A stretch of DNA of 64,000 bases from positions 13,330,001-13,394,000 of the forward strand of contig CM102285.1 in the NCBI GenBank assembly GCA_046563655.1. The letters run 5' to 3'. The notes below the pieces were generated by a model, which searched no databases, was not told the origin of the DNA, and saw nothing but the letters and a program-made list of their open reading frames with translations. Below are positions 28,101 to 38,725 of this stretch, piece after piece. The position numbers and the translations under genes are program-made. This DNA comes from Yuukianura sp. NJ FZ-2021. Lineage: Eukaryota. Numbering within the stretch: position 1 is the stretch's first letter; the number at the start of each line of letters is the position of its first letter.

Positions 28101-30184
28101 ACCGCGTGTGAGCCAAATCGGAATTACTAAATTGTCATTTTTGAATTTTTTTTTGTAAGATATTCTGGTGAAAATGGGGGAGTTTTGTTTTTTGAATTTT
28201 TGCAAAAAACTTTCAGTGAAAGTTGATAGTTTCCAAAATGAACGCAAAATTACGTTTTAGAGATGGTGTTCAAAAAGAACGGGAAATTTTGAATTTTGAC
28301 CAAATTTTCGCGTTTCTTTTTGCTGCTAGCGGTTTTGTGAAAAGTGCTGGCGTTCGGTTACCAGCCTTTGGTTCTGCTTTCTCCATTTTTTTCTTTTCTC
28401 TTATTATTTACCCTTGTCTCGTCGTCTCCTTTTTCTTTTGTAAATTAAATTGAATTCATTTTGAAATAGGAAAAAGAGGGAGAGGGGGGAGGGGCAGACT
28501 GGAGAAAGTAAGGAGCGAAATTCTGTTTAAAATTGAAAATTCTTCCTTGTTTCCATTTCAATTCCAGAGGAAAGAGAGAGTTTTGTGCGTCTCTGGGAGA
28601 GAAAGTACCATCTGTAATTTTTCCCTCTCTCCAGGCAGATTCCCTTTCACCACCACCCAACCCCTTCTTTTTTCTATGCTAGAGTGAAGGAAAGCATTAC
28701 AAAAAATAGACTTGGAATTCTAATTCCATCTCTGTTGTCTTTTAGATCCATCTCCATTTTTTGCTTTCTTTTTTTGTGCTTGGAAAGCAGAGAGAAAGAT
28801 GAGAAGGCTTTCACTACTATTGATTTTTTCTTTTCGATTATAATTGAGTCCCTGAAATATCCCATTATGCAATACGTTTTTAGAGTAGTGGATAAAGTTA
28901 AGTAACATGTTTTTATAGTAGTCTCGTGGCATGTGTGGATGATGAGATTTTTAGTTAGGCTAGTTTTTTTTTTCTAAGTTAGTGTAGGTTTTTTAGTTAG
29001 ACGAGATTTTTTAGTTTAGTTGAGGATTTTTTGAGTGTTCTACGACATGTGTGTGAGTACTGCTGCATAGGGGAAGATCATTATGTTTAAAAAGAAAGAA
29101 GATTTTGGTTGTGTGTGTGTTTGAAGTGAAGGGAAGAAGGAGTGGGTAGATTGTTAGTGAGATTGGTAACGAGGCTGCTGAAGAAGAAAGTGGAGAGAGA
29201 CATGGGAGATAATGTAATGGAGGTACTTTCTTCTGGTGGGAGCCCTTAGATAACCAGAGAGTTTTCCTAAATTTATGCAAGTGCGAATCGTTATGAGAAG
29301 GAAGACGAAAGAAGGAAAATGGAAATGTCGCTTTCTCCTTGATTTTTGTGTTTTTTTCTGGTTCTGTTTTTTTGAGGAAAAGGAAAAAGAGAAAGGCTTC
29401 TCTGTGTGCTTCATTTTCATTTTAACTTTGTCTACCTCTGGTTCGGCTAAGAACTTTCTCTGCGCTTTCTTTCTTCTTCTTCGTCTTCTTCTTGGTGCTC
29501 CGTTGATAAGTGGCGCATGCTAAAACGAAGGTCTTTCGTCTATTAGCACACACGGGCTCACGCTCCACCCGATTCTGTCGCGATACCAAATCGGAGCAAC
29601 TTTTATCGTGCCTCGTTTGTTTCTCTCATCGAAGAAAGGTAGAGCTAAGAGTGCGGAGAGTTATACGGAGAAAGTATAAAGAAACTAGAGTGAAAGCATA
29701 GCCGAAACTTTTGGTGTTGGATAACAATACAAGGATAACGTTAGAGTAGCATGGAGTTTAGATGTAAGTTGGATTGGATGTAACTTTGGCTCAATGACTT
29801 TTTTCGGAAGAAGAAAGCATAAAAAGGAGGAGGCGTAAATCAATAGAAGTGAAAATGAAGGAATTCGGATTGTCTCTTTTTTTTTCATTGTTTTGGGGGG
29901 CAAGGGGAGAAAGAGAGTGGAGGTTTGATGAGTTAGTAGAAAGTGGAAAGCGTAGTGTTCGGGGAGAAAGGCTTAGTGTTGTATCTAGGCGGGTAGTTTG
30001 GAGAAAGCGGGGGTTTCCAGCGTTCCAGGCCTGGTCTGCATAAGCGCCGGCGTCTCATTTGCCTTCTTCTGTGTTCGCTTAAGGTTAGGTTTTTCGGAGG
30101 TTGCCTCATTCTCATTCCGTAAGTCCTCCCCATCCATTTGGAGCTGGCGGGAGTCGTTCCCACTTCCCGTTCTTTTTTAACTAG

Positions 30185-31041
30185 AAGCTCTACTCAAAAG
30201 CATAGTTCTGGCGGGGTCTCCTTCATCCTTTTGGCGTCTTTTTCTTTTCTGTCTTGCTCATTACGAAGAAGCACTTTCGGCGAGATCTCCCTCTCTCTGC
30301 TGAACTCCGAGAAAGGAGCCCCATTTTTTGTCGAGTCCCCGGCCTAAGAGCTCGTCTGGAGCAGCCAAAGACCAACCTGGCCACTTTCTCCTCAATCCCT
30401 CCAGAAAACTCCCAGTTTCTGAGCAGTTGAGGGCAGAGGAGGGTCCTCTAGGAGCTACGACTAATTACTTGGAAGGACTCATTAGGACAAGCGCAAGACA
30501 ATTGCACAAAAGCTCCGCCTTCCGTCTTCGCATCTTCAACCAATCTACGAAACCCCACGGAAGTGGTGGTAATTAGAAGGGCGGAGTTAGCACAGCCAAA
30601 AATGTAATTAAAAGCCAACGACACTACCAAAGCACAACTCACGCGCAATTTACTACACAAAGTTCCTAAGTGTACCTCTTTCAACAAAAAAAAGTTAAGT
30701 TAGTTTAGAAAAAAGTTAGGTTTAAATGTTGATCATTAGTCAAGGTTACTACTCCGTGTTGAATCAAAGTTCCTACTAGAGAAATCTAGAAAGTGCCAGT
30801 GGTGGTTATAACTACAAATCGACTTTGCGTTTTTGGACAAAAACGTGTTTTTTGAACAAAACGAAAAAATCAGTCATTAAAAATCAGTCTGTGAAAATTC
30901 AGTTCCTATTTCCAACTGTAATACAAAACTTGAACAAAAAAGTAATTATAGACAAAAACAAAGTTCAAAAAGACAATTTTCAGTAAATTTTAAAAACTAA
31001 GCAGTTTTGGAGGAAACTTTTGCAGCCGAATAAGAAATTTG
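30185..31041 (+). other. Candidate 5'-UTR exon or alternative first exon of zfh2
   Basis: Strong acceptor cccacttcccgttcttttttaactAG at 30184 and perfect donor TTG|GTAAGT at 31042. Composition shifts from T-rich to GC-richer and then A-rich. Three TCAGTY initiator-like motifs at 30870, 30884 and 30899. Confidence 0.5.
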
Positions 31042-33382
31042 GTAAGTTTCAAGTTAAAAAAATTTTTCTCGTTCATTTCAGCTTCAAATTGTAGGCCGGT
31101 TTCCGACTATTTAGAAATTTTTCAAAAAAAAAATTTTTTTTTCTTGTTGCGATTTTTTGCTTTCACTTTTTTTTGCACTTTTTGAGAGGTGAAGGTTTTG
31201 ACTTGAAACTGGAGAAAGTCGAGTTGGTCATGCGAAAAACCGGACAAGTTAGTGTTGAAAAAAGTTGAAATTTTAAAAAGTCAATAACCTCAGTGCAAAC
31301 TCTTCAAATTTTTTTGAAATTTTGAATTTTGAATTCATGTTCTTTGTATAACGGTTTGGGTTTGGTAGTACGCTGCAGTTAATGTTTAAAACGTTTGAGT
31401 TATTAATATTATTTTACGAGTAGCGGAATTGACAGAATTTGAAATTCTCAGTGGGAATTTGTGCGCTTGAAATTTGAATTTTTCTGAAAATCGTGTTTAA
31501 AAAAGTGAAATCTGAAATATTGGTTAGGATTTTTATAGACAGGTTGTGCCTCGACTTGTTTCGATTGATTGACAGGCGGGAGCGAGTTGTTCTGTGTAAG
31601 GCTTTGCTGCTTTACTCGTTCGGTTAGTAGGAGATGTGAACGTGTCATAAAAAGTGAATTGGATTGAAACCTTGATGTTTCACTGTTGTAAAATCCCAAA
31701 ATGTAAAAGGCTGAGAAAATTTCTTACTCATTTTTTTTTTCAAAAATGATTTTGTCTTATTTTGTTCTTACGGAATTTGATAGCTAGGGTTAGGGTGGTG
31801 TGGTAGAAATTTTTAGAGATGATTCAGACACTGCAGAGGGTAGGGTTAGAAATCCGGTTTTTTTGGACAAGAAATAATTACTTGTAAACCCGTTAAACTG
31901 AAGAGAAAAAAACTTGAACCTTTTTTAACACTTGTTTTTTATAATATTGAATCTTGAATTTTGAATTTTACGACTTTTGAACATTATTTCCATTTTGAAG
32001 AGCTGTAACTTATTCAAGTTTTGAGAACAGGCGTTTGGTAAGGTCCATAATTTAAAAAAACAAAAACAGAAATTTGGAATTCTGAAAAAGATTTTTATCC
32101 TACCGTCAAATATTGGAAAAGGGATGGGTTTGTTAGTCTCTTGAGAATTTTGAATTTTTGATAATCTTTTTTTTTCGTCGGGGAAAGTTTTTTCTTGCCT
32201 GGTGACGCCAATTTAAAAACAAGGGAGGAGAGGATTGATATTAAAAACTTCTTTTTCTCCCGGGTTTCTTGTCTCTGAATTTCATCTTTTTGGAAAAAAA
32301 AAAGTTTTATATTTTTTGAAGCTTTCTTAGTACCGCGGTGGTCCCCTCTCTCTCCGTTTCTTTTTTGGCATGAAGTAGGATTGATTATTAGAATAAAAAG
32401 GGCGACATTGGGAGTCCCTACTTTCCTTATAGTAAGTAGTTGTTGGTTCGAATCTCCCTTCCTGTCACTTTTTTTTCATAATATATTTTTCCTTTCCTTT
32501 TTAGGTTTTTGAAAATGAATAAGGGCAAGGTGGGTTTTTTTCTTCTGTAAAGTGGAGATGATTAAATTCCGTCTCCCCTTTCGCTTCCTTTCCGTTGTTT
32601 TCAAAGGAAGAAGAAAAAAGATCTAAAAATGTATTTCCATTTCTTTGCATTCTGAAACTTCAATTGGTCCAAACGATTCCGATTATAAGAATTCAGAGCA
32701 GACTTAAGTTTTTTTTTTCGTGTATAAAGTTCAAAGACAATCATTCAAAAGGGTTAAAAATATAGTATCGAAAGATTTTATGAACAATTGAAAATTTCCA
32801 AAAAATTATACATTTGAAAAGAAAGATCAGAACAAAAGAAAGTTTTAGAACCTTTTCAAACAAAAGTGAAACTTAAGCCCTAGTTCACACTGAAATCGGC
32901 GACTAACAAAAAATTGTCACAGACTTAAGGTCGTGTCACACCGGAAATAGCGGGGTCAAGGGTTACCGGCGCGCCATTTAAATTTTGCACACACCAGGAA
33001 ACGATTTTAAATCTAAATCTGGAATATTTAATACAAACGTTGCTGAATATTTAACAATCGCTTTACTACTGCGTTGTTTCGAAAATTGATTTTATTTCAC
33101 TTGAGTATATTTTTTGTATTTCATTTGAAAGTTTTTTTTTTCTTTTGTCACTGAGAATAATGTGAATCGATGTTGAAAGGCGTATGCATACCTAATGAGT
33201 TCATATTCAATTGGTTTGTGTATGTGGTGTAGAAAGAATAGCGTATGATGACACCAATTCTGCCTTAGAGTATTGTAAAATCCATCTTCCAATAATCACT
33301 CCCATCAATTCAACCAAAAGCAAACTGGTACCGTAAAAAAGTCGTAAGCTTTAAACATCTGAATTTCTGTTTGTACAATTCG

Positions 33383-33395
33383 AGGTCATTGACCT
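33383..33395. promoter_or_regulatory. Perfect IR1 palindrome, ecdysone response element consensus (EcR/USP)
   Basis: AGGTCA-T-TGACCT; the right half extends to TGACCTTG (CAAGGTCA, FTZ-F1/ERR-type). Confidence 0.6.
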
Positions 33396-35289
33396 TGTCT
33401 TTTTTTGTCGACTGACTGACTGATGTTCATGACTTTTGACACGGTGGCGCAAGATCACTTTGATTACGACTTAAAACTCTGAAAGTTGAGGGAGTGTGTG
33501 CTAATTTGGAAGTCTAATTCGGTATAAGCTGGGCTTAAAGTTGATTTTGCTTAAACTTTAGGTCCCCATGTGTCGCTTGATCTTGATAATTATGAAAGAC
33601 AATTCGAGTAGGCGTCCATTTGTCCCTGTCGCTCCGGACTGAAACTCGCTTTAACTTAACTAAAAAGTCTCTTCTCTGCATAAGGAATGAGAAAATTGAC
33701 AAGGCGTGTGAGATCATGACATACGATATGCTTTGACTTTTGGATTCTTGGTTTTGTTTGTGAATAAATCGTGGGTTTGGTTAACAAAGTTTTGGTAGGA
33801 ATGAGGCTTGAGGGCACGGCACGGCTGAACTTCAATTAAAAAGGTGTGTTAATTCCTTAACTAAAAGCTGAAAGTGAAACGAGTCTTTTGTTTAGGGTGA
33901 GCCTAGTGATTAGTCGGAATCAAGGTAGATTGGAAATTAAAACTGCTTCAGGAATGCAAACCTAAAACGTAACCTTTGAATTGAGGGGGGGGGGGGTCAG
34001 GTTATGGAGAAATACATTACCTTGGGGGGGGGGGGTTAATGTTAAGTTACGAAAGAGACGTACACACATTATACACCTCCAAGGTTTGAGTGTAATTATA
34101 CCATTTTTTTTGTTGTTGCGTTGTTGTTGTCTGATCTTCTTCTTCTGACTGAAGATCGTGAGGCGCGGAGATCTCGAAGATCAACTTTTGAATTTTGATT
34201 CTCATCATAAGTTGTTCCAGAGTTTTATGATGATGCATGAAATTTGTGTTTAGGGAAAATGTTTTGGAGGAAATTGATGCAGACGAATTTAGATGTTGAG
34301 CAGTTTTGAAAGAGTATTTAGCATTGTTTCAAAAAGCTTAAGTGACTGACGTGTTTGGCGTGACTTTTGGTTAACGTCAGAAGGAGTTGCGAAGAAGATG
34401 GACAGGGGCTGGGTGGGCGTTGGAAGCAGAACTCCGCCCCTTTGTATAATTACGAACTCCTGCTGAGCAAACTCTCTAATTGAGATGACAGGGAACAGTT
34501 AATGAGTGACAGAAGGAGGACCCACCAATTACAAAGCTTGATCCACTTTCTTCACCAATCACGTTAATTTAAATTCGGGAAACAGTTATTTCTGCACAGA
34601 ATTAGCGCGAAATCAGGCCAGTTTCAGCTTTGCTCAAAAGTTAAGGTAGAATTCAGATTTTGTTTTTTGAATTCGGTTGTTAGGTTGGTTATTCTCATGT
34701 TGAGTGAAAGCTAAAGTTAGTTTTGGACAATGGTAGTAGTGAGATGCGTATGGTAATTGAGAAATGGTTTCCGCTGCTGCTCAATTACTTGAGCTTCTAT
34801 TGTCTTTTGTGTGTTGGTGATGCTGGATGCTGGTGAAGCATCGTTTTGGGATGACTTGATCTCCGTGTCCTGTTCTGTGGGATTAGAGATGCTGGGAGAG
34901 CAAGGGAAGTTTGGACCATAAATCAAGCAAAAGCCTTTGAGCCTCCCATAAGATGTTTGTGCAGGTATGTTACAATGGGGAAAGAGACACAATGGCCCAC
35001 AGAGGCTATGATCCCCACTCTGATAAAAGTCTCGGTCCTTGTCACATGGAAAATGGTGGCCTTGGAACTTAACAGGGCCCTTCGTCCCCAAAAACAGTCT
35101 TCTTCTTATGTTTACAAACTGCTGCGGCAGATGAACTTAAACTTTGAGTGTGAAGAGGGTCCTTACCTGGAAGAGGGGCCCTTAGCCTACCTTCAAGGGA
35201 CACTTTTTGGTTAATTAGACCTCAAAATGAGTGTCTCAGAAAACAGGGACAAGATGGCCGTGAAGAACAGTATGGCTTCTACCCCCACC

Positions 35290-35552
35290 CACTTTAAGGG
35301 GGGGGGGACTTGTGGGGATATGTAAGGGGGGGGGGACTTGTGTTATTGAAAATTGATTAACATGGAAAAAGAATAAGGCAGGAAATTTTGATCGAAGAGA
35401 AAGTTGCAGGATGATGATGTGGGTGCAAGGAGAAAGTGAGGATGAAATGCTTATTTAGTCATCATAGGGTTAAAGAAGAAAGTTTTTCCCCTGTCAGGGG
35501 AAAATGAAGCCCCCCCCATGTTTTTTCTTCTAAGCCCCCCCCCCTTAAAGTG
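35290..35552. mobile_element. MITE-like or foldback element with 18-bp perfect inverted repeats
   Basis: CACTTTAA-G10 (35290-35307) is the exact reverse complement of C10-TTAAAGTG (35535-35552), with TTAA immediately outside each G/C run. No coding capacity. Confidence 0.4.
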
Positions 35553-38500
35553 ACGCGGAGGGGGTGGGGGTGGGTGGAGAAAGTCGGAGGTTTGTGATCT
35601 TGTACTTTCTACTTTTACTTACTGCGGGAACTTCATGAGCAAGAGTTGACTTAAGGGAGAAAGGAGGCGGCAGGCCCTCATTGGCGGAAGACTACCCGGG
35701 ACTTCATGCATATTTGATGGCTTTCCCTGGGTAATCTTCATCTGCCTTCACTTTCTCTCTTTTTTATTCTTGACTAAAGTAAAGTTGGGCAACTATGTTT
35801 GGTTTTGGGGAGCTCTCATATCATTATGATTCGGCCCTAGACTTTGCATACTTAACTCCTCTCTCTTCTCTCTCCTAACCTAACTTAGCTTTCCAGTTTT
35901 TTTTCCTGGATAAGTTTTTAGAGGGTTAGACTTTATAACTGGAACCTACTTCGTATTCTAGGAGCTAAGAAAAGCCAACCCATCGTCTCCAATTTCAAAT
36001 TCAGCCTTTTTATATGCATGATGTTGCGCCCTGGCTCCTTCCATGCAGCATCCAGCAGCTTCAACTTCCTGCCTCATCTTCCCTTTGATCCTTCTTTTTT
36101 TCTAGAAGATGAAGAGAGAGCTGGAAGCTTATATTTTTATTATAATAACACGCATTTTTAAAACGAGGAGAAAATCCTTTCATGAAGGTAACAAAATCTG
36201 CTAGAAACAGTCTAGTATAGGTTATACCTCGTCTGTGCTACTTGTTAGAAGAGGTTAGCAACGACCGTAAAGCGTCTGACTGTTTTTCGAGAAAAAAAAA
36301 TTGAAAAAATAGGAAATTACTTAAAAAAATTGCGTGGTTCACTTCGGAACATTTTTAATTCTGCCAACACAGAGATTCGTTGGAACGATCTGTAAAAAAA
36401 ACAGCTTGTCGGGATGTACGTTTCGAATTTGATTGAATGGCTGGGAAGGAAAGTTTTGTTTTAACAATTGAACAATTTTTTAGTTTTGAAGGTCGTAATT
36501 TCTGGATTTTTGAAAAATTTTTGAATTTTTAAATAATTTTTTGCACAAGTCAGAAATGCTTTAGTTATTGGCGTATTTTAGGCTGTTTCTCCTTGTCGGT
36601 GCATATCATCTTCAGTTTTTCAAGTTTTTTGTAAGTAATGAAAGGACCATTTGTCACAATTTTTTGAGAGAACGTTAGATATGGAGGGTTTTCTGTTGCA
36701 TATTGCACTTAAAACTTAAAACTTTTTTTCTTTCTAGAAATTTGGGGAAGTGTAATTTATTAGTTAAGCTGCAGGAGTTAAGGGAGTTCCCCTCCGGTTC
36801 GTGTCAACTTCTAAATAGAAAAGTTAAACGAAGAGTTGTTTCAGAATATTTTGAATTTAGGAAGAGGCTTGTGCTGGAAGTTTAAAGGGACGCGCGTTGA
36901 CATTTTTTGAAAATGAATGGCCGTTTTTTCTTCTTATTTTTCATGCTCAACATGTAAGGAATATAAGGATATGGCTGGAGAAAGAGGCAAGTCATTAATC
37001 AGTGCTCGTGTGTTTAAAAAAAGAGAGAGGAATTAATAGAAACTGTATTTTTGTAAAAGTGTTTCTAAAACCTGTTTTTAAAAAAGTTATTTTTAAAAAA
37101 GAGTCATTTCATGGAGCAACGGCTTTTGGCAGAGAAGAAAGATGATTTTATGAGAGGAAGTCAGTTTTTTGTAAAAATTAACGCCCGTGTCGTCGTCTTT
37201 ACTAAAATTACAACGGGGCTATTCACGTTTCGAATTTTTTTTCAAATGCCATGTTCTAAGCGAACTTTTTAAGATTTGTTGGTTCTGCGCGTCAAATTTA
37301 ACAACTAGAATTAAGTGGATTAGAAGCGTATCATTGGAGGAAGAAGAACAGAAGACGTCTTTGTCTTTTCCTGATTGTAAATAATTGTTGAATTGTTAAA
37401 TTTTTTGAAAAGATGACATTTGCCATGTCTCCACTCCTCCTCCTCATCCTCATGTGTCTCCATTAAATCTTTCTTCCTTGAATTTAATCAACTTTAATTA
37501 GGTTGTCATTTACGTACTTCTCAAGACAGAAGGAAGCCAGAAATCTTGATCTTCTGCTTCTGTGTGCTTAAGTGGACAGGCGCAAAAGGGAGTTTGTTAA
37601 AGAAAAAGTTAAGAAGTGTGTGCAATTTAAGTTTTAATTTTTTTGAAGTGTTGGTTTTGTGGCCTTGGAGTACAATTAAACTCAGAATTTTCTCAATTGT
37701 GTAATGGGAGAGATTGGAGCTAATCTTTGGACAGATCCGAGGCACTTTGGCTTAGTTCCTTAATTGCGGTTTATTAGTACTAATTCTCAGCTATTAATTT
37801 TTTGGGATTTTGGTTGAAGTTGGGCAGACGCTGTAGTTGTGTACCCACAGATTTAGGGTGGGTGTGAGAGTCAAGTCGCTTGATTTTAATAAAATGAGGT
37901 TGTTCCCAGCGTCTGGTTTTAATTGCGGAACAAAAGAACGAAAAACATATGTTAAAAAAACATTATGCATCTGGTTCATGTTAGTATGTTCCGCTCTTGC
38001 TCCTTTGTGTTGTTTTCTGGAGCGTTGGAGGGTATAAGTTTCGTAATTAACTGTAGGATTAATCACCACCACCAAACTCATGTTAAAGTGGAACAATTAA
38101 CTTGTAATTCCGCATTTTAAGTGGCATTTTTTTCAACATAGATTTTATAGCTTATTAGGGTATGCCATTGTGAAAATCGGAACAAAAGAGCTCCGTTCTC
38201 CCCTCATTTGAGTAAACTCTTAATTGTCGCATGTAGATTTTCGTGTTTTTGTTCCCCCTACGTTCATTAAGCGGTGAGCTTTAAGTTGTATAGTGGTGAC
38301 TTTGTGTTTAAAAAGGAGGGGTTGAACTAAACAGGCTCTCATTGTACTATTTGTAACCTCCTAGCCATTAATTCAACCACTCAGAATAATGGATTTATTA
38401 ATATTCAGACTGTTCTATTTTGCATCAACACGTTCATTTACTTTTACCTTTCAGACAAAAATTTTTGGAAACTTTTTTGGGGAACAACAGGAAAAATATG

Positions 38501-38651
38501 GATTTGAGTTGTACTTTTGTAGACTTTGCCAAAATAATAGAATTATGATGCATGAAAACATTCAAAAGTTTAGACTTTTTTGTTGCCTTAATTAACTTGA
38601 GAATAATGGACTTCCGATTTGCTGTTGGAATTATTTTCGTGTTTAGTTAAC

Positions 38652-38725
38652 TAATGATTAACCTAATCTAGGTTTACACTAACAAGAGAGTAATGATTAA
38701 CCTAACGTAACTCTAAACTAACAAG
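38652..38725. repeat. Two-copy tandem duplication, 39-bp period
   Basis: TAATGATTAACCTAA at 38652 and 38691, each followed by ACTAACAAG at the same offset. Confidence 0.75.

Noticed and set aside
30328..30576. 82-aa coding-looking ORF in the GC-richer island
   Set aside because: TTG start, no recognisable homology, and no phase-compatible link to the zfh2 CDS; treated as UTR sequence.
33985..34035. Two long G homopolymers as a functional G-quadruplex
   Set aside because: Simple homopolymers of uncertain assembled length, with nothing else supporting function.
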